A stretch of 63,962 bases of DNA, counting the filler, from Octopus bimaculoides (Eukaryota), in NCBI RefSeq assembly GCF_001194135.2. It is 4 parts of 4 records of this genome, joined end to end, with 100 filler letters (N's around TTAATTAATTAA, not from the genome) between each part and the next. Parts side by side here need not be neighbours in the genome. Positions count along the whole stretch, not along the records: positions 1 to 16,797 come from NC_068986.1; 3 more parts are not named here. The stretch is one strand, 5' to 3'. The notes beneath the pieces are model-generated. The model worked only from the letters and a program-made list of their open reading frames with translations, did no database searches and was not told the origin of the DNA. The position numbers and the translations under genes are program-made. Below, one piece after another: positions 1 to 12,713 of this stretch (its first letter is position 1; every line of letters begins with the position of its first letter).

Positions 1-33
<33 letters not shown>

Positions 34-61
34 AGATTTACTCGTCTCCTGTTTTTAAAGC

Positions 62-120
62 ATTTTTCATATTTAAGTTTCTGTATAACATGAATTCCTT
101 TCTTTCTTCAGTGGAAAGAT
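62..120 (-). ncRNA. Type I hammerhead-like motif, decayed
   Basis: Minus strand ATCTTTCCA-CTGAAGA-A...A-GAAA-CTTAAA-TA-TGAAAAAT. Core nucleotides are intact, helix I pairs 7 of 9 positions, helix III is one change from the palindrome ACTTAAGT, and helix II is poor. Confidence 0.4.
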
Positions 121-1069
121 GTTACGATATGCTCCAACTAAATTAACAAAAAGACATATTCTCTCAAAAATATCAGTGAACAAAGTCGGTTCCTTTATGT
201 AAGGTAATATTCAGAATGCTTGGAAGCTAGTGATGGCCTACACTGACAACAATTAATTAATACGAGAATTCCTAGTTGACGCGAAGAATTCAATTTAGTA
301 TAATTTAATTAAGATGTTCGGTGTATTTATTTATACAATGGGCAAAAGCTTCATATAAAAATTATAAATGAGAACTGGATTAATTTCTTCCAGCAATTGC
401 GGCTATACAAATAATTTAAATTAAAAATTTATGGTTCACGATAAAGTAATACAACTAGAGTAGTAAAAGGAAAATATATAATTGGTTTTAGTTTAAAATT
501 TTTGAAACGTTTTGCTGTGGCTCAGTTTGAAACCCGTCTATACTTGTAATAATAATTACAAATGCCTTTACTCACAGATACGCTGATCCCCTTCAGATGT
601 TGATACAAATAGATACAGTAGAGGACATAAGGCTTACGCCCTTTCAGTGTCTGACTTCGAATGCAGGAGGACTCGACTTTACATTCCATCCTCCCAAGAA
701 TAAAATAAATTACGTATCAAATACTGGTGTGACCGTGTGCTTATGTAAGAAAATTATATATATATATCAGGTCAGCCCATAAGTGGTCAGTGCTAGTGTG
801 TGCGTGGTGGTGTGATGTGATGTGATGTGGTGGTGTGTGGTATGGTGTGTATGGTGTAGTGGTGTGTGGTGTGGTGTGATGGTGTTGGAAGGTGGGGAAG
901 TACTCTGAATGTAGTTCTATATAAATCTTTAATAATCTTTTTTATACTTAAGACCATCAGAAATGTTAAGATATCAACCTCTACCCACGTTATCATGCTT
1001 GTTACAGCTTAGATTAGATTACTTAGATAAGTTTCGGCTGAAGTTGACTAATTTAAGAGCACCACACAG

Positions 1070-1500
1070 TCAGCTCTGGGGAACCGTAGCCCATTCAGAC
1101 AGAGGGTTATTGTTTCCAGAGACATATCTGGGTGTGGGTAGTTTATCTGGCATTTGTTGGGGATAATCATCTAGCGATCGTTTGAATGCCGTGAAGTCAC
1201 TTTCTTCCTTTATGTGTGTCTGGCACGATGTTGAAGAAAGCAGGGCCAATTGAGGTGAAATAGTTCTGTCATAGTGTTGTGATACGACACGAACATTTCT
1301 GTAGTGGATGGATGGTACGGGGGCCAAGCCTCGAACGAATTTTAAAGGTGGGCAATGTTGATGGAATATTTTCCACATCATACAGATGATATAGAGCTCT
1401 CAGCGGCGGTAGTGGAAGTAAAGCCTGAGCTTTTTGAGTCGATCCCAATACTCAAGGCTTGTTATGTCATCCTCCGCAGATCTCCGCCAAGCAGCTCACT
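1070..1500 (-). mobile_element. CR1-like LINE ORF2 C-terminal fragment, decayed
   Basis: Minus translation gives LEYWDRLKKLRLY..RR*ELYIICMMWKIF and FKRSLDDY..MPDKLPTPRYVSGNNN, typical of CR1-clade ORF2 ends. It carries stops and frameshifts. Confidence 0.8.
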
Positions 1501-1699
1501 TTAAGATAGATACGCGAGTAAAATCACTAATAGAGAAACGAAAATAAACTTTGGAAACAGCAACACCAACATAGGTTACGTGGAAACGATGAACGTATTT
1601 TCAAGGGAGATAATCAAAGAACGTAACATTGTAATACTTCATGTAAAGTAAATATAACAAATGAAAAACCCTTCAAGAATCCATAAAAATTCCCGGACC

Positions 1700-1860
1700 A
1701 CTACCAAAATTTCATCATCTATTCCTTGTGTCATTACTAACTTTTTCTGCAAGTTTCATCAAATACCGTTTACAACTTTTTGAGTTATTTTGCACACAGA
1801 CGGACAGACGGAGAAACCAACGCCGATGAAAACATAACTTCCTTCCTTGGCGAAGGTAAA
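1700..1860. repeat. Interspersed repeat ending GATGAAAACATAACTTCCTTCCTTGGCGAAGGTA, class unresolved
   Basis: Resembles a widespread invertebrate non-autonomous repeat end; recognised from memory only. Confidence 0.35.
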
Positions 1861-1893
1861 AATAGAACAGGACATACATACATACATACATAG

Positions 1894-2349
1894 AAAGATA
1901 ATCCTGAGTACAAAGAAATAAAACATCACAATATGGGAGAAGCCATAGACACTCATAGTAAAAAAGAATACTGGTGGAATATACCAGTGAAGACCTCAAT
2001 AAAATGTAAGCACAACAGACCTGATATAACGATTTGGGATAGAGAAGAGAAAGTGTGCACAGTTGTGGAAATTAGCTGACCAGCTAACATAAAGCTGAAG
2101 AACAGTGAAAAAGAGAACACATATGCTGAACTATCGAGAAATCTGCAGTTACTCTATCCAGATTACAAGTTCAGGTTTATACTTGTAATTATTGGGGCCC
2201 TGGGATATGTAACACACTGCCTAAATACCAATCTTGAGAAATTAGGCTTCTCTAATCCAGAAAGGAGAAAGCTAATTCGAAGACTGCAGATCCAATCCAT
2301 AACTGGAACTGTAAAAATCTGTAAAATTTTCCAGAAGTTTATCATTTAA
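1894..2349 (+). mobile_element. 3' end of a non-LTR retrotransposon with restriction-like endonuclease (R4/Dong-like)
   Basis: A single frame reads CKHNRPDITIWDREEKVCTVVEIS*P..EKENTYAEL, an RPD..E..K-type endonuclease pattern, with one internal stop. It ends at TAA 2347-2349 and is followed by a (TACA)n tail. Confidence 0.8.
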
Positions 2350-3835
2350 ATATATATGAGCATGTCTAGATATGCAACTATATGCATGAGAATACATACA
2401 TACAACATACAAATCTGCACATACATACATACATACATACATACATACATACATACATACATGATGGCTGCAAACACGTGTTCGAGTACTGCCATCACCT
2501 TATCAAAAGTCCCACACATGCGAAGGGTACGACGAGCCATTTTTGTGATAGGTCTTTTTTTCAAACGATGCCTGTGCATGATGATTTTTTTAATTTTTAC
2601 AGTGGAGAAAGGATTTACACAAATCCAATCACACTCTCTGATCAGGGACAACATAAACTCGAACAGAAGAACAAGTCTACATAATCAAATATTGTCAGTG
2701 TCGCAGGTTTTCTCTCAGAGCTTCCCTCTCCTAGCGAGATGTTGTGACAACAACATAGGAGCCTCCCATTTCCAGGGGGACAGCCGCACGCCTGGACACC
2801 AACCCAGGTATTTCTACGTCCTCGCGCGTACACACATGCATACATACACATATACACATATTGTTGGATGGCCGTTGACTGTTGATGAGCTCTTCCGCTC
2901 TCCATACATACATACGTACGTACGTACGTACATACATACATACGTTTTCAGATTTGCTCATTTATATTAACGTATGTGTATGTGCGTATTTATGTGTTGG
3001 TGTACATAAATTTCTATGAGTCCTTGTCAGCTTTTATTCCACGTGTGGAGACTGTACATAATATATATTTCTAATTTTGATGCAACATCGTAAAACGTCT
3101 AAGTGAGTAACAGTGTCTATTAAACCAGTCTAGTACTTCCCTGTGTCTTATTATATTGACTGCCGGGAGAAGGAAAAATATATTAAAATTGATTTCATAT
3201 ATTATTAGTACAAGGTTATACATACAGCACGATGCGATAATCAGTTATGTCAACATTATTACTGAAGTGATATTTGTTTTATAGTTTCTCAACCTCATGA
3301 CACTCGTTTTATAGAAGTCGAAAGGATGGAAAAACAAAGCGAAACAAATAGAAAGGAACAAGATAATTGTTTGGCTAAAATAATTTATGAGCAAAAGACA
3401 ATATTCATATTTTCTTGGAGCATTGCAAAATTGTTATTGCAATTCAGTAATAAAAGAAATTTTAGATGTTGTAGTGCCCCAAGGAAATACAGAAATTACT
3501 TATTGTATATATTTTTTTCATTCTTTTAGAGATATTAAAACAAAATATTGCTAACGTTATGATTGCCAAAATGCATTTCCCTCAAACAAAAATATTAATT
3601 TCAAGCATTAGCACAAGGACATACACTTGGATGATATTTCAATAATACTGTTAGAAATATAGACCCCAGTACTTGGTACTTGACTGGTACCTCATTATTT
3701 ACTTGTTTCAGTCATAGGACTGGGATCATACTGGGGCACTAATTTTTAAGCCTGGTATCCTGACTATGTTAATCCATTTTGTCGAAGTGCTAGGTTAGGG
3801 GAACGTAAACAAACCAGCAAGCGGGAGGAGGTCAA

Positions 3836-3880
<45 letters not shown>

Positions 3881-3883
3881 TAC

Positions 3884-4770
3884 ATTTCAAAAGTTAGACA
3901 GAGAAGGGGAAAAGTGGGCGAAAACTGGGCGAAAAGATAACGAAAGTGGGAGACAAACAAGATACAAGGAACATTCGCGGTTGATTTTCTCATCAGTTGG
4001 TTTCCGAGACGCCTTAGTGGTTTCACGCTATTTAAGCCAAAACCACTGTTATCTAACGGAAACGCCAGAGCATAGAGCTACAGGAAAAAGCTGACAAATG
4101 TGTGCGAGGACAGGACAAAACAACATCGCGTGTACAATAAGAAATAATAACATGATATAACAGACAAAGTATGGTACATATACAATAGAAAATACCTTAT
4201 GGCTGTATAATAGGCAATAAGAATAATCATACGTATACAGTACTAAAGCAATACAATACAAACAGAAAAAGCCTTTCCGGCTATCAAGACAGACGTAGAG
4301 AGGTAGTGCAAAGAAACGGAAAAAGTCCTTGACGGACAGAACACAAACGTGTCTGGTTAGGTCAGCAGCAGGCCGAAGAAAACGACGCGCTTCGATTGGA
4401 CACTGGTCACGTGGAAGGAGAGAGGAAGAGGGGTGGAGGTATTAAGGAATGAGAAAGAGGGAAAGAGAGAGGCAGAAGAATAAGAGAGAAGGAAGGAGAG
4501 AGGACAGGATCCAAGGGAGGCAATTAAGGAGAGAGGGAAAAGAAAAAGAGAGAGAAGAAAGAGGAGGGGAGGAGTGAGCTAAGAGTCGCACTAAAAATAT
4601 TCAGGGAATATTTTTTTTACAGCTAACTTCAAAAGTTAGACAGGGAAGGAAAAAATAGACGAAAGCTGAGCGAAAACATAACGGACAGAAAAAGGAGACA
4701 AAAACATGATACAAGGAACATTCGCAGCTGATTTTCTCATCGGTTGGTTTCCGAAATGCCTGAGTGGTTT
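3884..4770. repeat. Two diverged copies of a ~145-bp segment (3884-4030 and 4627-4770)
   Basis: Both contain TTCAAAAGTTAGACAG...GATACAAGGAACATTCGC.G.TGATTTTCTCATC.GTTGGTTTCCGA. Confidence 0.7.
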
Positions 4771-4998
4771 TTCTGCACAAATTCACTCACAAAGCATTGG
4801 TCGGCTGGGAGACATCTGCCCAAAATACTGCGCAGTGAGACTGAACCTAAAGCTACGTACAACAAAGCGAGATTCATAACCACACAACCATGCAATGCAT
4901 TCCCACGCTAGGATTCGAAATGGGGCTTCGCAGGTGGTAGACATGAATTATAACCTCTAGACCATTCGAAAAGATAAAAGGTAAAATTTATTTCGTAG

Positions 4999-5198
4999 GA
5001 TTTCAAATTTGGGCACAAGGCCAGCAGGTTTGGAAGAATGGGTAAGTCGATTACACCGACCCCAGTGCTCAACTAGTACTTATTTTATCGAATCCGAAAG
5101 GATGAAAGACAACGTCGACCTCGACGGAATATTAACTTAGAACGTCAAGACGGACGAAATGCCGCTAGGCATTTTTCCTGGCGCGATAACGATCCTGC
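4999..5198 (-). mobile_element. tRNA-derived SINE, family B
   Basis: Reverse complement of the ...CTTTCATCCTTTCGGGGTCGATAAAATAAGTACCAG...GGCCTTGTGCC body, which recurs many times in the window. Confidence 0.8.
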
Positions 5199-5310
5199 TT
5201 ATATGTTGTCTTTATCCGAACTGAAATAGCAAAAAACAAAAACATTTAATACCTACATTATTTACATTATTTACATTCGACGAATATTTGTCCTCATTTT
5301 GTTTGTTGTT

Positions 5311-5356
5311 AACACAACGTTTTGGATGATATACCCTCCAGCATTCTTCAGGTGTC
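5311..5356 (-). ncRNA. Type I hammerhead relic within an interspersed repeat
   Basis: GACAC-CTGAAGA-A-TGCTGGAGGGTATATCATCC-AAAA-CG-TT-GTGTT. Helix I is 5 bp and helix III is ACGT; G12 is changed to A and helix II is decayed. A truncated copy of the flanking repeat lies near 53995-54035. Confidence 0.45.
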
Positions 5357-5783
5357 TTGGGGAATTTCGAACTTGGGTTCTCATTCCTAAGGTATGTCCC
5401 CATTGAAGTTAACAACAAACAAGATAAGGACAAGTACTTGTCGAATGTAAATAATGTAAATAATGTAAATGATGTACATAATTCCTCATCTCTTAAATAT
5501 AGAAATGCATTTAATACCTAGTTAACAACCAAATCAAATCAAACTCAGTCTGTCCTTTGACGTCACAAAGACCAATTGTGACATAAATGTTATTTGTTAA
5601 TGTGATTCTTTTCAATGATTCTTGCAGAGGTAAAGAATATCTTGGGTTTTCTGTAAATACAGAGGCAGTACAGAATCTGGTTTTGACACGACATAGAGGA
5701 ATTCTCATTTTCCCTCTTAATTTCTGTATTCCCCAAAGACAGTGAAACCCGAACAAACATATTAACACGCCGTTGACAATTGT

Positions 5784-5828
5784 AAAGAAGAAGAAGAAGA
5801 AGAAGAAGAAGAAGAAGAAGAAGAAGAG
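5784..5828 (+). repeat. (AAG)n microsatellite
   Basis: Direct reading. Confidence 0.95.
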
Positions 5829-8268
5829 GGGAGGGGAGGTGNNNNNNNNNNNNNNNNNNNNNNNNNNNNNNNNNNNNNNNNNNNNNNNNNNNNNNNNNNN
5901 NNNNNNNNNNNNNNNNNNNNNNNNNNNNNNNNNNNNNNNNNNNNNNNNNNNNNNNNNNNNNNNNNNNNNNNNNNNNNNNNNNNNNNNNNNNNNNNNNNNN
6001 NNNNNNNNNNNNNNNNNNNNNNNNNNNNNNNNNNNNNNNNNNNNNNNNNNNNNNNNNNNNNNNNNNNNNNNNNNNNNNNNNNNNNNNNNNNNNNNNNNNN
6101 NNNNNNNNNNNNNNNNNNNNNNNNNNNNNNNNNNNNNNNNNNNNNNNNNNNNNNNNNNNNNNNNNNNNNNNNNNNNNNNNNNNNNNNNNNNNNNNNNNNN
6201 NNNNNNNNNNNNNNNNNNNNNNNNNNNNNNNNNNNNNNNNNNNNNNNNNNNNNNNNNNNNNNNNNNNNNNNNNNNNNNNNNNNNNNNNNNNNNNNNNNNN
6301 NNNNNNNNNNNNNNNNNNNNNNNNNNNNNNNNNNNNNNNNNNNNNNNNNNNNNNNNNNNNNNNNNNNNNNNNNNNNNNNNNNNNNNNNNNNNNNNNNNNN
6401 NNNNNNNNNNNNNNNNNNNNNNNNNNNNNNNNNNNNNNNNNNNNNNNNNNNNNNNNNNNNNNNNNNNNNNNNNNNNNNNNNNNNNNNNNNNNNNNNNNNN
6501 NNNNNNNNNNNNNNNNNNNNNNNNNNNNNNNNNNNNNNNNNNNNNNNNNNACTTACAATTTTTGTGAGACGCTGCGTTCAATCATGTAAAAACAAAAGTA
6601 AATGAGTATATGCATATATACGTACAGGTATGTGCATACCGACATCCACCTGTATGTATAGGTGCATATCTGGGTACAGGACATTGCAAACAAACGTAGA
6701 CGAGAACACACGAGCCACATAGAGAACATTCTACTTCATCAGCTACCCACGTTTTAACACCGGCGTTTCGACGAGCTTCGGGCAGGACGCATCGTTAAAA
6801 CGGCTCGTCCCATGGATCGCAGATTAAATTTGTATACGCAAATTAAATCTAGCCATGGAGGAATGTAGTGGCGGACAAAAAACAAGACAGGAAAACAAAC
6901 AGACAATGAGAGGTGGTTGTTGTTGAGAGACAAATATAGCGAGAGAGGGAGAGAAAGTATGTATGTGTGAAATATAGATAGATGTCGCTATATTAATTGG
7001 CAGGCTTTGATTAAAAGCAGGAATAAGAGATACAAGATACAATGTACTTGTATCTAAAACAATCAAGTAATGTGATGCTCGGCTATTCTAATCAGAGGGA
7101 GCTACAACTGTGAAGGAGTGTCCAGTAAACCGGCAAATACGGTATATTGTTATTGATAATTCAACCTTAAAAAAATGGGGAAATTAAATATACATATTGC
7201 CACAAAAAAAGCCATAAAAAATAGTGGATGATATTTACGATTCCGCGAATATGCAGTGGATCGTAAACAATTATTAGTTCCGCGAATAACCGGGACCGCA
7301 AATGCCGAACCGCCAATAAGTGGGGGTACACTATATATGTTACGGAAATGTAGAAGAGACCCACAACAGAACTCAAATGGCTGATGGATATTGCACTGGA
7401 CTTCTGAGTCATGGGACTTGTATACATATCTATTACATACGTTTATATTTCGAGACAGCCAACAGCGGCTAGATGGCAAAATCGTTAGCACATCCGAAAA
7501 CAACAAAATGCTTAGCAGTCTATCCTTGTGTTCTGAGCTCAAATTCGCCGAGGCCAACTTTGCTTGTCATCATTTCGGGGTCGTTAAAATAAGAAGCAGT
7601 CGAGCATTGGTGGTGTGATGTAATCGACTAGCACCCCCTACTTCACAAAATTTCAGGCCTTATTCCTATAGTTGTAAATATTTCGCAACAAGCTAATATA
7701 TTTTTCAACTTTGTAATTGTGGCAAAGATATTAAATCTCCTAGCTAGATTCGCACCGTAATGAGAGAATATTCGCATCACATATGATTAATGACAATTTT
7801 GTGAGATAATCATTAACTTCATAAAATTTTGTGTCCTACGGAAAAAAATACATTTCAAGCCAAGAGAGTAGATATTTCGTTTGTTAAATACTTAGTAGAC
7901 TATTTTATGACTATAGATATACATATATATCATGTGAGTATGTGCGTGCATTTACATATATTTTGTAGGTTCTTGTTTACAGAAAGCCTTGGACAATGTT
8001 GACACTTATTTTTGGTGTAACTACAAATATTCGGGCTGGTCATAGTCACTTGAGAAAAGAAAATACTTTTGACTACTCTATATATCACCATCCCAGAATA
8101 TCACAATTAATAATGGGAATGGGATACATTTTGAATCAAAAATTTTGATTTTACCATGAAAGCTGACCACGTAGCCTAAGTTGAAAGCTGATTTTACCTG
8201 ATTTTAAATCTTCCTTTAGAATTTCCGTATTACACCAGGTGTTTTTTTTTTCGGAGAGAGAGAAAGTG

Positions 8269-8269
8269 T

Positions 8270-8352
<83 letters not shown>
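8269..8352 (+). repeat. (AG)n microsatellite
   Basis: Direct reading. Confidence 0.95.
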
Positions 8353-8358
<6 letters not shown>

Positions 8359-9689
8359 GGTATGATCCAGTAATACAGTGCTTATATGATTCACATATTT
8401 GAAGTTGCAATCATTTTCTGTAGTAGTTAGAATAGTCATTTAACTATTTTATGGCAATATCTAACCCTTTTCACCTACGTTTATGCACTACATTGCTTTT
8501 ATATTTGAGAAAATTGCATATATTTTGCACAGATCTATTACAAATTAGCATGTTTTATTGCACTAATGTAGTAGTTCTATCAAGCAAAAACTTGGAATAA
8601 TACATGAAATAGCAACCAGCGTTACCTAACTAATGATATTTTTATTTTATATTACTGATTCGAGGTTTGAAGATGTCGAAAGATTAGTCCGGAACTGCGC
8701 TATTTGAGGAATCATTTTATCTTTCTGGATTGTCGAATAGTTATTTTGTTCTCTCATTAGACACTAACAATAGTCTGCCATAGTATTTGTATTTCACCGT
8801 TCCTGTTATCTTTTGCTTTTTCCTGTTTACTATAGTTTCTTTTTTTAAAATTTTTGTTTTAGTCGAAACCATTGTTCTTGAAAAGCAGCTTCTAAATTAT
8901 CAAAGAAGCTGTTTAAACGGCACTTTAGTATTCATATTACATCCCAGCTTCTGGGGGGAAACGTAACTTATTCGGCAGATCTCCGTAAGTTTCGAAACTT
9001 TTGTTACCGATCAAATTTTACCCAACTTTTGTGAATGCTACCAAGAAATTTTACTCAACTGGTTTAAGTAAACTTTTAAATAGCTCATCTTTCATTAATT
9101 TCAGGCCCGCAAAATATACGTGTTTTCAATTTCTCTTAACTTAGAGAAGAAAATGTTGCTGTTATTGTTGTTTTTAACAGATACATAAAAAAAAAAACTA
9201 ATACTTCGTCAGTTATTCAATCAAATGGTAACAGATGTTATTCGATGTCATACACGTGTTATAGAATAAATGACATTAGTTAGTGCTATTCTCAGTGAAT
9301 AATAATCATGCCAATTCCTATATGAAATATTACGACTCGTTGTAATTAGTCAACTCTGGTCTATCAGCTCTATGATAAAAGGTATTTCAACCATAATCAC
9401 CTTCTTATACATGTGATGGAAATTTGGGAGTATAATTTGATGGACGCTTGGCTGCTATATCAAACGGGCAAATTAATGAACCTCCCTCGTTAATGAAGAT
9501 ACTGAGAATTAACGAGGGTCTATGGTTAATGAAGACAGTACAAATTAAATAAGGCTTTATCGTTAATGCAAACAGTACAAATTTAGGTTTTGACTCGATG
9601 TACAGGATTTCTTCAAGTCCTTTAGATCGATATTACGGAGATGTACTTGCATAGCAAGTGACCTGATCTGAGATCGTGTGCCGGAACGA

Positions 9690-9973
9690 AAACAATTGCA
9701 GCGTGGAAAGTGCTTATAAGCCATTTAAGAAGCACACAAAAACCGTTAGATTCATTTCAACATTTAAATTTAATTTGCCAAAATATTTTCGTCGCTTCGA
9801 GACCGCGACCTGTTCACTGACAAAATTCCATGCTGAATTTTGTCAGTGGAGGGTCGCGGTCTCAAAGCGACGAAAATATTTTGGCAAATTAAATTTAAAT
9901 GTTGAAGTGAATCTAACGGTTTTTGTGTGTTTTCTTAAATGGCTTATAAACACCTTCTACGCTGCAATTGTTT
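9690..9973. repeat. 284-bp near-perfect foldback (inverted duplication)
   Basis: AAACAATTGCAGCG...GACAAAATTC, loop CATGCT, then GAATTTTGTC...CGCTGCAATTGTTT. Arms are ~139 bp with scattered, mostly transition, mismatches. Confidence 0.95.
9774..9824 (-). ncRNA. Type I hammerhead-like motif with G3-C8 core
   Basis: TTTGTCA-GTGAACA-G-GTCGC-GGTCTCGAA-GCGAC-GAAA-ATAT-TT-TGGCAAA. Helix I is 7 bp, helix II is 5 bp, helix III is the palindrome AATATT, and the triplet is UUU. Confidence 0.55.
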
Positions 9974-11596
9974 AGATCAATAATTTTCCTTTTATCTGAT
10001 AGTTTTTCATTCCCCAAAGCTATTACAACCATAACAAAGCCATGTAAACACAGCGGCAGTTGGCAGCATTCTCTTAACCTCTTTGAAATTAGTTTATACT
10101 TTTGAAGAAGCAGTTCCTGGAATTAATTTAACTGCTGCAACTTTTAAGGTGAAGTTGCTCGATATTCGAACTCAAATATATTCTGGGTATATATACTTGC
10201 GTGCGTGCGTTTAATCAGTAGCTTTTTAGAGATTTTTCTATTCGTTCTTTTAGCTCTTAGTTCTACATAGAACATCGATTGGGAAATATGATATTTTCCA
10301 ATTATGTTTAACACAAAATAAAACTACATGTGATATGAAAACGTAGAACGGATATAGAGCAGGTTGAATGGATTTAGTTCTGGACTTCATGATCGTCGGG
10401 CTTCAATTCAAGTCCGCGCAAGGTTTCTTTGCATCATGAGAAAGAGCATACAAATTTTTTTTATCGCATCATGGAAATAGAAATTGAATCTTATGAGCAT
10501 ATTAATAACGAATGATTCGAAACATAGTCAGAGATAATAGAGACAATACGTGCCTCCTTTAATAATAGATGATGTCTGACTATGAATTTTCATGACTAAA
10601 AGTGACAATGTAATTTTTCTCTTGCTGAAACCGATTGAAAATAATGTAGTAGGCTCTTTTACAAAGATACACGTTCATTTGTTGATAAAGATACGTAAAT
10701 TAGTGTCTATGTGTACATTACACTTATATATATGTTTTGTCGGTATTTTGTCTTTTCTCTTCTAGTCAAATCCCACCAGGAAGAAATGTTCGACTAAAAT
10801 GACTCTACTATTTGAGTTTTAGTTATTTTGTAGACACAACATAATAAAGAATACATAATAAAGAATAATTATATATGCATGAGATTATTCTTGGAGGAAA
10901 AGTTTCATATATTCTTAGAATATTACACCGTTAGATTTTGGTATTTTTTTTCCTTAGAATTCGATAAAACATTGGTAAATAACAAAGTCTAGTTAGATTA
11001 ATTCTATTCTAAAGAAATATACCCAGCTTACTTGATAATAATGGCAAACTTTTGTAAATCAAACTTAATATATGTTGAAAGTACAAACAAATGTTTCATA
11101 TCACTCAAAGTTTGCTTGATCATTTCTGCTAGGATGTGTAAACGACCGTACGAAGAGAGGTGACGAGAATGGCTCCTTAGTACATCACACAGTCGATACA
11201 ATAGATATGAAAAGGATAAACGCATGTAAGTGCCAGAAGGAAAAAAGAGACACAACCGGGTAGAATGTTTAAGAAAAGATTTTATTGATAGGATAACATG
11301 TGTATCAGTAGTGCGTCATGTATACATAATAATAGACAAGTCGTCATGATAACAAAGTGCGTGTGTGCATAGGCATGGATGTATGCATGTTTGTGTTAAG
11401 TACAGAGCATTGAAAAAGTCTATAATATGAAATTAGAAGAATGTTCAGACACAAGGATGATAAATGCCAGTTCGTAATCAAGGTACCCGATAGTTGAAAT
11501 GCTGTATCAAGATGTTGTGGCTGTAATGCAGACCCGGTTGAGGTACGTGTCGCACAAGAAGTTGTGGCTACGATACTGCTGCCGGTCACTTGGTAC

Positions 11597-12146
11597 AGGT
11601 GTTCTCGCAGGTTCAGGCCATCTCTCTAATACCTTTTCCTTGTCGGTGATCAGTGTTACCCCATCAGCACTAAGGAGGGGAGACAGTGTTCTTGCAGTAG
11701 TAGGCCCGTAAACTTCCTTCAAGCTGTCATAGAAATTCTTCATGTCATTCCTGTCTGCAAAGCTCTGGATCATGTCTGTTCTGCTGCTAAGTCAGGAATC
11801 CTGTATCTGGGGCAACTTCGTTTGCATGGTGCTCTGTACAGTCCGCAGTCTGTCCTTTGAAACTGACTTGGGGTCAGTGAAGGGAGCTTTGTAAACACGA
11901 TGCTTTTCCTCTAGTAGTAGTTTGATCTGCGTGCATTTTCATCAAACCAATCCTTATGCTTCTTTGCAGATGGCCCAAGGCACTCCATGGCTGTGTCGTA
12001 CAACGTCACCCGGAGTGTAGCCGAGGCTTCCTCAATATCCTTGACTTGTAGCACAATAGGGTCCAAGCGTTGCTGCAATGTACCGGTAAATAGCTGCTGG
12101 ACGTTGCTATCCTTCAGCTTGCCGATGTTGAAGCGTTTTGGTGTTG
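11597..12146 (-). mobile_element. RTE (BovB-like) LINE ORF fragment, between endonuclease and RT
   Basis: Minus translation RTTPKRFNIGKL...KKHKDWFDEN...IQSFADRNDMKNFYDSLKEVYGPT...SPLLSADGVTLITDKEKVLERW, frameshifted. Confidence 0.85.
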
Positions 12147-12713
12147 TCCTATTTTGTATATATATATATATATATATNNNNNNNNNNNNNNNNNNNNNNN
12201 NNNNNNNNNNNNNNNNNNNNNNNNNNNNNNNNNNNNNNNNNNNNNNNNNNNNNNNNNNNNNNNNNNNNNNNNNNNNNNNNNNNNNNNNNNNNNNNNNNNN
12301 NNNNNNNNNNNNNNNNNNNNNNNNNNNNNNNNNNNNNNNNNNNNNNNNNNNNNNNNNNNNNNNNNNNNNNNNNNNNNNNNNNNNNNNNNNNNNNNNNNNN
12401 NNNNNNNNNNNNNNNNNNNNNNNNNNNNNNNNNNNNNNNNNNNNNNNNNNNNNNNNNNNNNNNNNNNNNNNNNNNNNNNNNNNNNNNNNNNNNNNNNNNN
12501 NNNNNNNNNNNNNNNNNNNNNNNNNNNNNNNNNNNNNNNNNNNNNNNNNNNNNNNNNNNNNNNNNNNNNNNNNNNNNNNNNNNNNNNNNNNNNNNNNNNN
12601 NNNNNNNNNNNNNNNNNNNNNNNNNNNNNNNNNNNNNNNNNNNNNNNNNNNNNNNNNNNNNNNNNNNNNNNNNNNNNNNNNNNNNNNNNNNNNNNNNNNN
12701 NNNNNNNNNNNNN

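Noticed and set aside
2095-2115. CTGAAGA-ACAGT-GAAA
   Set aside because: Lies in LINE coding sequence (LKNSEK) with no helix I or III.
2603-2807. Possible plus-strand exon after TTTTTAATTTTTACAG
   Set aside because: Splice-like sites exist, but the peptide is unrecognisable and there is no supporting neighbour exon.
6735-6815. Structured repeat with GAAACGCCGGTGTT and a nearby CTGATGA on minus
   Set aside because: The elements are in the wrong order or spacing for any hammerhead topology I could fold.
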